Source of the DNA: an uncultured Caldilineaceae bacterium
GTDB taxonomy: Bacteria > Chloroflexota > Anaerolineae > 4572-78 > J111
DNA: 64,000 nucleotides
Reading direction: 5' to 3'
NCBI GenBank assembly: GCA_964622215.1
Contig: CAZUNT010000009.1
Location: forward strand, 2,081-66,080
The notes beneath the pieces were generated by a model. The model saw only the letters and a program-made list of their open reading frames with translations. It did not search any database and was not told where the DNA came from. The position numbers and the translations under genes are program-made. Of the stretch, positions 35,995-46,300 are shown in pieces (within the stretch, counting starts at the first letter, position 1; every line of letters begins with the position of its first letter).

Positions 35995-37807
35995 GGGTAA
36001 TGCGCCTCCAATCTTTAATATTCCAGGTATTTGTATCCCAGGGGGTCAAGTCTATCCCTTCCAGGGAGTTGCTTACACCGGCAACATCGGCCACATGGAC
36101 CATAGGAATCATGACCACATCTTCAACCAGTATATCGTTCATTCCGATGATGAGGTTGCGGCGTTTTTCAGGGTCTACTTCTATCGCAGATTGCTGGTAG
36201 AGGGCGTCGTAGTCATGATTGATCCAACGTTCCATGTTCGTGCCGGCCCAGTTGTTGACTTGCTGCGGAATCTGGGTACTCAACCAAAGTTGCATAAAAG
36301 TACCGGGATCAGGGTCGCCTACATAGCCGATCAATTGCATGTCGGCGTTGAAGCGCGTCCAGTGGTCGGGAGTGGCCGATGGGTCGGCACTGAACATGAT
36401 GCTGGCGTCAACCCGTTTCGGTTCCACTTCCACCCCAATGGCGTTCAAATTCTTTTTGATAATATCCTGCATTTGATCATAGATGGGACTAATAAATGAC
36501 TGGATGACCACTCGCATTTTGCTCCCATCTTTGTCCATCACACCGTCGCTGTTGGTATCGCGCCAGCCAGCTTCGGTCAACAAGGCTTTGGCTTTCTCCG
36601 GGTTGTACTCATAAAAGGAGTGAGGTGACTGGTATTGGGGCGGAGCGACCAAATTGTTGGTGGTGGCCCGGCCGGCCGGGCCATAAAGCTGGGCAATGGC
36701 TTCTCGATCAATGGCATAGGCAAAGGCCTGGCGCACTTTCTTGTCACTGAAGAAGGGATGGGGGAATTGCAGGCTGGAACGTTCGCCGTCAGCCGTTTGC
36801 TGCCTGGGATTGGTACGATTGAGGAGAAGCCGGTCCACCTTGGAGCCAAAGTTGGTCACCAGATGCCCCTGCTTGGCTGTTTCCAGTTGGGTCAATTTTT
36901 CGGCGGGCAATTGAAGGGAGAAGGCAAATTCAACTTGGCCGGTTTCTAATGCCAACCGGGCGGCCTCGTCAACCAGGCCGCCGCCTTTTAATTCGATGGT
37001 ATCGAAGAGAGGCTGGCCGGTTTCTCGGAAGTAGGGATTAGGTTCAAATACAATTTTGTTCGTTTCAACAATCTGAGTGCCCAGGAGTAAAACCTCTTGG
37101 GGCTTAATCCCCGGCGGACGCACCCGATAGGGGCCGGTACCCACCGGCAACGTGTTAGCCGGCGCTTCCCGAGCGTTAGCGCCGTTATAAGCCTCAAAAA
37201 CGTGGCGGGGCAAAATCACCCCCTGCACACCCACAAAAGGCAGCGCCCAGGCCGGAGTCACGTCTTTAAAACTGATTTTAACGGTGTAGTCGTCAATAAC
37301 TTCGACTTTTTCAATCGCCTGATAGATTCCTACTGCCTGGACAGTGGCCGAGGCCACTGCCGGGTTCACAATGAAGTCGTAAGTAAAGCGGACGTCGTCG
37401 GCTGTAAAAGGCTGCCCATCAGACCATTTAATTCCTTGCTTAAGCTTCCAGGTGACCCATTTTAAGTCAGGCGCAAGCTGACCATTCTCCAAGCTGGGGA
37501 TTTCGGCGGCCAGGAAAAGTACCAGCTTGCCGTCCTTGTCAAAACTGGCTAATGGCTCTAGCGTGATCCGACTGGCCTCCCAATCTTGGATAACGGCGTT
37601 TAAGTGGGGATTGAGCGTGGTTGGCGCTTGCCAGTTAAGGAGGTGCAGCGTATTTTCTACACGCGGGCTAGCAGGTATGGCGGTTGGCGTAAGGGGGATT
37701 TCTGCGGGCGAGGCTGTCTGATCGGCGCAGGCGGCTAATAACAAAACAATGACCAGCAACAGAATTAATCTGGAGAAGCTATTATAGCTTTTTAGAAATT
37801 TGACCAT
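35987..37807 (-). CDS. ABC transporter substrate-binding lipoprotein, family 5 (peptide/nickel type)
   Basis: Lipobox LLLAAC. Size and motifs fit SBP_bac_5 (WSDGQPFTADDV, GTGPYR). Start set to MVKFLKS (37807) behind GGAGAGGGAA. Confidence 0.8.
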   Translation of the reverse strand: MVKFLKSYNSFSRLILLLVIVLLLAACADQTASPAEIPLTPTAIPASPRVENTLHLLNWQAPTTLNPHLNAVIQDWEASRITLEPLASFDKDGKLVLFLAAEIPSLENGQLAPDLKWVTWKLKQGIKWSDGQPFTADDVRFTYDFIVNPAVASATVQAVGIYQAIEKVEVIDDYTVKISFKDVTPAWALPFVGVQGVILPRHVFEAYNGANAREAPANTLPVGTGPYRVRPPGIKPQEVLLLGTQIVETNKIVFEPNPYFRETGQPLFDTIELKGGGLVDEAARLALETGQVEFAFSLQLPAEKLTQLETAKQGHLVTNFGSKVDRLLLNRTNPRQQTADGERSSLQFPHPFFSDKKVRQAFAYAIDREAIAQLYGPAGRATTNNLVAPPQYQSPHSFYEYNPEKAKALLTEAGWRDTNSDGVMDKDGSKMRVVIQSFISPIYDQMQDIIKKNLNAIGVEVEPKRVDASIMFSADPSATPDHWTRFNADMQLIGYVGDPDPGTFMQLWLSTQIPQQVNNWAGTNMERWINHDYDALYQQSAIEVDPEKRRNLIIGMNDILVEDVVMIPMVHVADVAGVSNSLEGIDLTPWDTNTWNIKDWRRITHD

Positions 37808-37824
37808 TTCTTCCCTCTCCTTAA

Positions 37825-38472
37825 CTAAACCCACTGCCAACATTTAAGCTGCCAGCCGTGCCCTTTTACGGCCAGGGCGGCTGCATAGCCGGGAGCGGGA
37901 GCCAAAGTCTGAATAGACCAGGGAGCGGCAGCTTGGCGGTCGCCGCCGATGCTTAATAATCCGGCCGCTTCCCCCGGTGCTAACGAAACGTCAAACCCGG
38001 CTAAGGGCTGCGCTAACCCATCGCCCAGGGCTTTAATGTAGGCTTCCTTCCGAGTCCAGCAGTTGAAAAAGGCTGCTTGTCTCTGATCCGGCGGAAGCGA
38101 CAGCCATACGGCGCTTTCCTGGGCCGAAAAGAAACGGGCGGTGATTTGGTCGGCTTCGGAAATGGCGCGGATATATTCAATATCTACGCCGATTTCCCGC
38201 TCGCAGGTCACGGCATAGATGGCCAGGTTTTGCGAGTGCGCCAGGTTAAAACAGAGCCTGCCTGTCTGCCCGGTAAGCGTTCCAGCCAGAGCCGGCTTGC
38301 CGTGAGGACCATAGCAAAACTGTAACCGGCCTGGCTCAAGCCCCAGGTATTGCCCCAAAATCATTCTGAGTATCCCCCGGCCAACAATGAACCGCTGCCG
38401 ATCCCGCTCAAAATGGAAGCGTTCAACCCGCAGGCGTTCGTCTGGGGTCAGCGTTTGGGCCAACTGCTGCAC
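37825..38472 (-). CDS. Sfp-type 4'-phosphopantetheinyl transferase (the true start is probably upstream of 38472)
   Basis: LTPDERLRVERFHFERDRQRF, FNLAHS, GVDIE, WTRKEAYIKA. The reading frame stays open and conserved-looking up to 38577. Confidence 0.85.
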   Translation of the reverse strand: MQQLAQTLTPDERLRVERFHFERDRQRFIVGRGILRMILGQYLGLEPGRLQFCYGPHGKPALAGTLTGQTGRLCFNLAHSQNLAIYAVTCEREIGVDIEYIRAISEADQITARFFSAQESAVWLSLPPDQRQAAFFNCWTRKEAYIKALGDGLAQPLAGFDVSLAPGEAAGLLSIGGDRQAAAPWSIQTLAPAPGYAAALAVKGHGWQLKCWQWV

Positions 38473-38566
38473 CCGCGTGGCTGGCTGATCTAATACCGCG
38501 CACCAGACATGAATCTCATCGAACGCCGCCAGTTTGGCCGGTTCCGGCGGGGCGGGCCAGGAACAT

Positions 38567-38785
38567 CTAAGAGTCAGTGGACCCCTCCATTTTTTTTCTC
38601 AGGCTAAGAGGCCGCATGTCGGTCCAGACCTCTTTGATGTAGGCCAGGCAGTCTGCTTTGGGGCCGCTAAAACCCGCATCTCGCCAGCCCGGCGCGTTTT
38701 CCCGGTCGGCCGGCCAGATGGAATACTGTTCTTCATGATTGACAACAACTTTGTATATGGTATTGTCTTCCTGATCTTTATACAT
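38567..38785 (-). CDS. mbtH: MbtH-like protein
   Basis: [49 protein letters not shown]. The classic three-Trp MbtH signature. Confidence 0.95.
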   Translation of the reverse strand: MYKDQEDNTIYKVVVNHEEQYSIWPADRENAPGWRDAGFSGPKADCLAYIKEVWTDMRPLSLRKKMEGSTDS

Positions 38786-38831
38786 TTTATCACTATTCCT
38801 TCAAAACCACTCATCAGGGGTTTGTTTTTTA

Positions 38832-41800
38832 TTACTTCGATGGCGGGGGTAGAAAGCCCCTACGAATAAAATATGACAGGTATACCCCAAACCGTTCGGC
38901 GTCAACGACAGGGCAGGTCAGATCAGAACCGGCCAGGGCATTTGTCAGATTCTCGGAGCCAAATTCAGGCGCTCGCTCTTGAGTGAATAGTTCAGGCATG
39001 GTCAGCATCGCTTCTCCTGGCGCTCGTTCGATGTAAAAGGGTAACAGCGAATATAAAGCATTCTCTGTAGAGTGTCCAACCTGTTTCATTAGCAGATTCA
39101 GCCACTGTTTATAGGGCGTCTGCTGCACCGGGTAGCCAAAAGCCGCCAGCCATTCGGCCAGCCGGCCCAGGGGCAAGCGGTGAGGCGTCAGCGTGTGAAA
39201 AACCTGGCCCCACGACTGCGACCGGAGGGAGAGGTAGATGATAGCCCGGCTGACAAAATCTACGGGGGTAAGCCGGGTGATTTCGTCCAGATCGGGCATC
39301 TCTCCTAATTGGATACAGCCTTTGATGAATCGGCATAAATAATCATCCGTGTTCCAGGCGCCGGTTTGGCTGTGTCCCACCACCGTTCCGGGCCGGTAGA
39401 TCGATACAGGCAGACCCCGCTCCCGGGCGGCCACAACCAGTTTTTCGGCTACCCACTTGCTCTGGGCGTAACCGAACAACAAGCTGTCACTGTGGCCTAC
39501 TTCGTCTTGCTCCCGGATGAGCTGCTTTTGGAGGTAGCCTAGCGAATCAAAAACGGAGATGGTCGAAACATAATGCACCGGGATGGCCTTGAGCCGGGTC
39601 GCCAGGCGCAAAACTTCCTGGGTTCCCAGGACATTGGCCGGTTTGAGTTTATGGTAGGGGTAGACAAAGTTAACCACCGCGCCGTTGTGATAAATGGCGT
39701 CCAGTTGACCGGCCAAATGCTGAAATTCTGAGGTTGATAGCCCCAAATAGGGTTGAGCCAGGTCGCCTACCACCGGGATAACCCGGGTAGTTAAGTGGGG
39801 ATGGTGCAGGAGATAAGTTTCAAAGTTCCGGTAGATTTTTTGGCGGCCCGCTTCGGCGTCGGCAGCGCGGACCAGGCAGTAAATGTGAGCCGAAGTTTGC
39901 TGCAAGAGTTCATACAACAGAAAAGCGCCTAGAAAGCCGGTAGCGCCGGTTAAAAGGATCGAAGCCGGATGGGCAGGCGGGGCTGGGAGCGGCGGCACAG
40001 CCGGGGGCCGAATAGCAGGGTCGAGGACGGCCTCGGCCTTAAAATCGATGCTTGGGGCAGTCGCAGCGGGGCCGGCGCGGCGAGTCAGATCGATGGCTTG
40101 GGCTAACCCGGCGACAGTTGCTGTGGTAAAAAATTCGCGTAGTGATAGTTCTACCTGAAAAACCTCACGCACCCGCAAAACCAGTTGTGTGGCTAACAGC
40201 GAATGTCCCCCTAACTCAAAAAAATCGTCGTGGATACCAACCCGCTCCAGGCCCAGAATTTCGGCCCAGATCGTAGCCAGCATTTCTTCCGTCGGATAGC
40301 GAGGTAAGGTGTAAGATTCACTTACTTCCGGCCTGGCGGAATCAGGTGCGGGTAAGGCTTTACGATCAATTTTGCCGTTGGGCGTCAGAGGCAGGGCCGC
40401 CAGGAAGACGAAACTGGATGGAATCATATAGTCGGGTAGGGTTTGTTTCAAAAAATTCCGCAGGTCGCTGTTGCGGGGCCTATCTCCCGGATGGGTGACG
40501 AGGTAGGCCACGAGTTGTTTTTGGTCTGACCCATCCTGGTTACTGCGGAACAACATCACGGCTTCACGCACGGCGGGATGGCGTCTTAAAGCGGCTTCAA
40601 TCTCGCCCAACTCCACCCGAAATCCCCGAATTTTGATCTGATGGTCCAGCCGGCCCAGGAATTCGATGTTACCGTCGGGCAGGTAGCGGGCCAGATCACC
40701 GGTCTTATAGAGACGACTGCCAACCACCGACGGCAGGCCGTTAAACGTTGGTACCTCCTCGGTGGCGATCGGCCGTTGTCCGTTAGCGGCCGAGCTAAAG
40801 GGATTTGGAATAAATTTCTCGGCGGTCAATCCTGGCCGGTTGAGGTAGCCGCGAGCCAGGCCGGCCCCACCGAGATACAGCTCACCGGGAACGCCGATGG
40901 GCACGGGCTGCAACTGCGCATCCAACAGGTAAACCTGGGTATTGGCAACCGGGCGGCCGATAGTCGCCGGCCCCTGGCTGCTGCGGAGGGCAAAGGTGGA
41001 GTAGGTGGTATCTTCGGAAGGTCCGTACAAATCAAAAACCCGTTGGACACTTTTCTGACGATAAAGCTGTTGTACCAATTCCGGGCGGAGCGGCTCACCG
41101 GCCAAGTTGACGGTTCGAACCGAAAGGGGCAAATCGCCCAGGCGTAATAACTCAGTCATAGCCGAGGGAACGGTATTGACCAGCGTAACCTGATGGGCGG
41201 CGGGCAAGGTAGGCAAGTGCAGAGCGTTCTCAACCAGAATGACTCGCCCGCCCCAACTCAAGGGCACAAACAGTTCAAACACGGACAGGTCGAAGTTGAT
41301 GGAGGTGGAGGCCAGTACCCCGGCCAGGTCGTCGGCGGTAAAGATTTGGCCGGCCCAGGCGACCAAGGCGACCGGACTGTGATGCTCGATGGCGACGCCT
41401 TTGGGCTGGCCGGTGGAGCCGGAGGTAAACAGGACGTAGGCCAAATTCTGAGGCGTCACTTCGCCGGCGGGGTTGTCGGCGCTGTGTTGGGTAATGGTCG
41501 GCCAATCCCGATCCAGGCAGACCAGCCGGGCGGAATGGCGGGGCAGCTTTTTGATAAGGCGCTGTTGGGTCAACAAGAGAGGGGTTTGGGTATCGGCCAG
41601 CATCCAGGCCAGGCGGTCGGGGGGATAGGTGGGGTCGAGAGGCAGATAAGCCGCACTTGCTTTGAGGATACCGAGCAATCCTACGACCATTTCCAGCGAG
41701 CGTTCCACGCAGAGGCCGACGATGACCTCCGGCCCTATCCCCTGCGCCCGCAGATAATGCGCCAGTTGGTTGGCCCGCCGGTTTAACTCGCCGTAAGTGA

Positions 41801-43298
41801 GGGTTTCGCTCTGGTAGGTGAGAGCATTGGCTTCAGGTATTTGCGCGACCCGGGCTTCAAACAGGTGATGGAGACACTGCTCTTGGGGGTAGTCGGCGGC
41901 GGTGTTGTTCCACTCAACCAGCAGTTGGCGCTGTTCGGCGGCGGTCAAGATGGATAAGTCCGACAGGCGAGCAGCAGGTTGGTCAACCATACCTTCCAGC
42001 AAAGTCTGAAAGTGGCCAAGTATCCGGCTGATGGCGGCGTGGTCAAAGTAGTCGCTGTCGTAGCTGAAACGCAGCCACAGGGCCGGCCCCGGCTCGACGA
42101 TGATGGTCAGGGGATAGTTGGTCTTTTCAAAAAAGTGGACATTACGAATGGTGATATGCTGGCCTTGCGCCGAACTCGGTTGGCTAACCGGATAATTCTC
42201 AAAAATCAGGATACTCTCAAACAAAGCTTGGCCCCGCGCTACCTCGCTCCAGCCCTGAACCTGGGCTAAGGGGCTGTATTCGTAATGGCGAGCTTCGATC
42301 TGCCGGGTCTGAAGTGTTTTGAGCCAGGCTGCCAACGTTATCTGCGGCGATACTGTAACCCGAACCGGCAGGGTGTTGATAAACAGCCCCATCATCGTCT
42401 CAACACCGCTCAGGTCGGCCGGACGCCCGGAAACGACTGCGCCAAAGAGTACATCCGCCTCACCACTGTAGCGGCTGAGGAGGATGGCCCAGGCTCCTTG
42501 TACCAGCGTGTTGAGGGTGACCTGGTACTGTCGGGCCAGAGCTTGCAGGGCCGTTGTAGCGGCCGGTGAGAGTTGTACTTGCTGCTCGGCGTATTCGTGT
42601 TCAGGACTCGACCCACTGCCCGGCAAGCGGTCAAAAAACAGCCGGGTTGGAGTGGTAAAACCTCTCAGTGTTTGCCGCCAGTAGGTCTCAGCTTGACCCA
42701 AATCTTGTTGTTGTAGCCAGGCAATGTAATCCCTGTAGGGACGGTCGGCGGCAAGGGGTAAATCTTCGCCGCGACAGCGGGCCTCATATAAGGTAAATAC
42801 CTCATTAAACAGCCTGGAAGCGCTCCAGCCGTCAAGCAGCAGGTGATGGAAGCTCCAAATAAAATGGTAACTGTGTTCAGCCAGGCGAATCAACACCAGG
42901 CGCATAAGCGGCGCTTTGGCCAGGTCAAACCCTTGCCGCCGGTCAGCTTGTAAAAAGGACTCTAATTGCCGTTGTTGTTCATCCGGCAGCATGTTGCGCC
43001 AATCGTATTCAGTCCAGGGCAATTTAACCTGCCGGCGGACCACCTGGAGTGGTTTGTCGCGGCGTTCCCACATAAACAGAGTGCGCAGAACTGCATACCG
43101 CTCCACCGCCTGCTGCCAGGCCTGTTGAAAGGCCGAGCGGTTCAGTTCACCGTGCAGGGTACAATCTAACTGTTCAAAATATATACCCGACGCCGGCGCA
43201 TAAAGGGTATGAAACAGCATGCCTGCCTGCATCGGTGAGAGAGGATAAATGGCTTCGATGTCGTTTTTAGCCATTGTTGTTTTGCTTACTCCTTCCAC
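38832..43298 (-). CDS. NRPS module 3: C(DCL-type)-A-T-R (terminal thioester reductase)
   Basis: YPLSPMQAGMLFH, HHLLLDGWS, LAYVLFTSGSTGQPKG, YKTGDLARY, NGKIDR, FFELGGHSLLA, LLTGATGFLGAFLL, YAQSKWVAE. Confidence 0.95.
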   Translation of the reverse strand: MEGVSKTTMAKNDIEAIYPLSPMQAGMLFHTLYAPASGIYFEQLDCTLHGELNRSAFQQAWQQAVERYAVLRTLFMWERRDKPLQVVRRQVKLPWTEYDWRNMLPDEQQRQLESFLQADRRQGFDLAKAPLMRLVLIRLAEHSYHFIWSFHHLLLDGWSASRLFNEVFTLYEARCRGEDLPLAADRPYRDYIAWLQQQDLGQAETYWRQTLRGFTTPTRLFFDRLPGSGSSPEHEYAEQQVQLSPAATTALQALARQYQVTLNTLVQGAWAILLSRYSGEADVLFGAVVSGRPADLSGVETMMGLFINTLPVRVTVSPQITLAAWLKTLQTRQIEARHYEYSPLAQVQGWSEVARGQALFESILIFENYPVSQPSSAQGQHITIRNVHFFEKTNYPLTIIVEPGPALWLRFSYDSDYFDHAAISRILGHFQTLLEGMVDQPAARLSDLSILTAAEQRQLLVEWNNTAADYPQEQCLHHLFEARVAQIPEANALTYQSETLTYGELNRRANQLAHYLRAQGIGPEVIVGLCVERSLEMVVGLLGILKASAAYLPLDPTYPPDRLAWMLADTQTPLLLTQQRLIKKLPRHSARLVCLDRDWPTITQHSADNPAGEVTPQNLAYVLFTSGSTGQPKGVAIEHHSPVALVAWAGQIFTADDLAGVLASTSINFDLSVFELFVPLSWGGRVILVENALHLPTLPAAHQVTLVNTVPSAMTELLRLGDLPLSVRTVNLAGEPLRPELVQQLYRQKSVQRVFDLYGPSEDTTYSTFALRSSQGPATIGRPVANTQVYLLDAQLQPVPIGVPGELYLGGAGLARGYLNRPGLTAEKFIPNPFSSAANGQRPIATEEVPTFNGLPSVVGSRLYKTGDLARYLPDGNIEFLGRLDHQIKIRGFRVELGEIEAALRRHPAVREAVMLFRSNQDGSDQKQLVAYLVTHPGDRPRNSDLRNFLKQTLPDYMIPSSFVFLAALPLTPNGKIDRKALPAPDSARPEVSESYTLPRYPTEEMLATIWAEILGLERVGIHDDFFELGGHSLLATQLVLRVREVFQVELSLREFFTTATVAGLAQAIDLTRRAGPAATAPSIDFKAEAVLDPAIRPPAVPPLPAPPAHPASILLTGATGFLGAFLLYELLQQTSAHIYCLVRAADAEAGRQKIYRNFETYLLHHPHLTTRVIPVVGDLAQPYLGLSTSEFQHLAGQLDAIYHNGAVVNFVYPYHKLKPANVLGTQEVLRLATRLKAIPVHYVSTISVFDSLGYLQKQLIREQDEVGHSDSLLFGYAQSKWVAEKLVVAARERGLPVSIYRPGTVVGHSQTGAWNTDDYLCRFIKGCIQLGEMPDLDEITRLTPVDFVSRAIIYLSLRSQSWGQVFHTLTPHRLPLGRLAEWLAAFGYPVQQTPYKQWLNLLMKQVGHSTENALYSLLPFYIERAPGEAMLTMPELFTQERAPEFGSENLTNALAGSDLTCPVVDAERFGVYLSYFIRRGFLPPPSK

Positions 43299-43361
43299 CT
43301 GGAAAGGCTAAAGCAAGCTTTGGACCCCATTTCCAACTGAAATTGAATACATCCAAATGAG

Positions 43362-46300
43362 TTACTCCATTGTCTCGTTCAAATCGGCCAATAGGTCGTC
43401 CAGCTCGGCTTGACTTAAATTTGCTTCCGGGAAGTCAGACGGGGTGTAGCCCCCGGCTTCGGGAGATTGGCAGTGGAGGATGAGAGCGCGCAGGGCGGCC
43501 ATAAAATCTCCGGCCAGGCGTTCGATGGTGGAACGCCGGTGAATATTTTCGCTATAAACCCAGGCCAGTTGCAATTGGCCGGCTATGATACTACTCTCAA
43601 CTTCCAGTACATAACGCCGTTGCCCACGCGGGCTGTGCTCTGAGCCGCTCAACTCGCGGGCCAGGCGAAATAAAGTTGACCCGCCCAAAACCTGGTCGAA
43701 TTGGCCCAGGTAATTAAAGCTTATCTCGGCTTGAGGCTGAGCGCGTAGTTGACTTTTGATGGCCGAGTCTTCGCTTAGATAGCGCAGCAAGCCGTAGCCA
43801 ATCCCATGCTCTGGGATCCGGCGTAGTTGTTCTTTGATAGATTTAAGCGCTTCACCGGGCCGGTGCGCCGACCGCAAATCTAAACATACCGGAAAGATGG
43901 TGGTGAACCAGCCGACCGTGCGCGATAGGTCTACTCCGGGCATAATTTCTTCGCGGCCATGACCTTCCAAGTCAAGCCGTAGGGCGGGGCTGCCCGTCCA
44001 TTCGGTCAGCGTCTGCGCCAGGGCCGTTAACAATACCTCATTGATTTGCGTGTGATAAGCAGCCGGCACATCCTGGAGTAGAGCGCGAGTCTCTGCGGTG
44101 GTGAGCGCCACCGTCACCGTGCGGGCCGAGGCTTCAGGGTTAGTCTGGCGTCCTTCCGGGTAGTCGATAGGAAGCGGCGGGATCGGCAGCGGTGATTCGG
44201 CCAGCCAGTGGGCCAACCCGGTCTGTTCGGTGGCCCGCTTTTTAGCCGCTTCAGCCAAACGTTCGGCCCATTGTTTATAGGAAGTGGTCTTGGCCGGCAG
44301 GTGGACAACCTCACCTTGCTCTAGTTGCTGGTAAGCCGTTTGTAAATCTTCCAGCAGGATACGCCAGGACACACCGTCAACAACCAGGTGATGGATGACG
44401 ATAAGTAAACGGTTTGGCTGCTCCGATCCCAGGTCAAGCAGAGCTACCCGTAACAGCGGTCCCTGGGTCAGGTTCAAGCTGGCCTGTAATTCGGCAGCGG
44501 CTGCCTCAATCACCGTGCCTGGCTCGATTGCCCCACGCGCAGCCAAATCAAGATGGGTAAAAGGCGTGTGCTCGGCCAGATCGGTCTCGATCTGCTGCCA
44601 GTTCCTCTCTTTACCCCCCGCTAGGGGAATGGAAGAGGAGGGATAAAACCTCATCCGAAGCGCATCATGATGAACCAGCAAGTACTGGATCGCTTGCTCC
44701 AGCAATAACGGGTTCAAAGGCTGTTTAGCCTCCAGTAACATCGCCTGGTTCCAGTAATGGGGGTCAGGTAAATTTTGTTCAAAGAACCAGTGCTGGATGG
44801 GGGTCAACGGCACGGGGCCGGTCACCGGACCCTGTTCGATGGAGGTTATTAAGGCTGTATCCGCTACTGCCGCCAACTCGGCAATGGTCTGATGTTGGAA
44901 GAATTGCCGGGGGGTTAGCCGAAGTCCGGCCTGATTGGCCCGAGCGATGATCTGAATACTGAGGATCGAGTCTCCACCCAGTTCAAAGAAGTTATCAAAT
45001 ACACCAACTCGTTCGATTTGCAGCACCTGGATCCAAATTTCGACCAACGTCTGCTCGATTTGATTCCGAGGGGCCGTGAGTGTTTTTTCTGCCGAGATGG
45101 GGCCGGCTTGATCCGGTACGGGTAGGGCGCGGCGGTCTATCTTGCCGTTGGGGGTGAGCGGCATTGCCTCCAGAAAAACAAAGGCGGAGGGAATCATATA
45201 CTCAGGCAGGGTTTGCTTGAGGAAAATTCGCAGTTCGGTCAGGGTGGGCCGGCGCTCCGGTTCAGCGACCAGATAAGCCACCAGTTGTTTTTGGCCTGGC
45301 CCATACTTGTCACTCCGGGCCAGTACGACTGTTTCCGACACGGTGGGATGCTGTCGCAGCGCCGCTTCAATCTCGCCCAATTCAATCCGATAACCGCGCA
45401 CCTTAACCTGGTGGTCCACCCGGCCCAGGAATTCTATGTTGCCATCCGGTAGATAGCGGGCCAGGTCACCGGAGTTATAAAGACGACTGCTGACCACGGA
45501 CGGCAGGCCGCTGAATACTGACGGTTCGGTTGCGGCAGGCGGGAGGTGGCGGTCGGCGATCGGGTTGAAGGGATTGGGAATGAATCTCTCGGCGGTCAAA
45601 TCGGGCCGGTTGAGATAACCCCTGGCCAGGCCGGAGCCGCCGAGATACAACTCACCGGGCACGCCGATGGGAACCGGCTGTAAGTGGGTGTCCAGAATAT
45701 AAGCCTGCACGTTGGCAATCGGGCGGCCGATGGAGATGAAGTGGGGCTGATCTCCACGCGGGCAAACCCAAAAAGTGGCGTCAATGGTGGCTTCGGTAGG
45801 GCCGTAGAGATTGATCAAATCTGCCGGCAATTGGGCATAGAAATGGGCTACCAGCTCAGGGGGCAGCGGCTCACCGCCGCAAAAAACTCGTTTCAGTGAG
45901 GTGCAAGCGGCAAATCCCGGCTCCGACACCAGCAGTTGCAGTAAAGAAGGGACGAGCTGCAGGATTGTAACCCGGCGTTCAGTAATCGTTTTGATGAGAT
46001 AGGCCGGGTCGGCATGCCCACCTGATCGGGCCAGGACCAGCCGCGCTCCGGCGAGTAGGGGCGCGTAAAATTCCCACACCGAGGCATCGAAACTAACCGG
46101 CGTTTTTTGGAACACAGCATCAGTTTCGTTTAACGGGAAGGCCGTTTGCAGCCATTGCATATGGTTGGCGATGGCTCGGTGTGAAATCATCACCCCTTTC
46201 GGCCGGCCGGTGGAGCCTGAGGTATAGAGGACATAGGCCAGGTTATCCGGTGTTATTTCGCTGCGCAAGTTTTTATCAGGTTGATTGGCGATAGTTTCCC

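Noticed and set aside
38534-38869. A 111-aa + strand ORF and a 71-aa - strand ORF overlapping mbtH.
   Set aside because: The third frame encodes a textbook MbtH-like protein, so the others are overlapping spurious frames.
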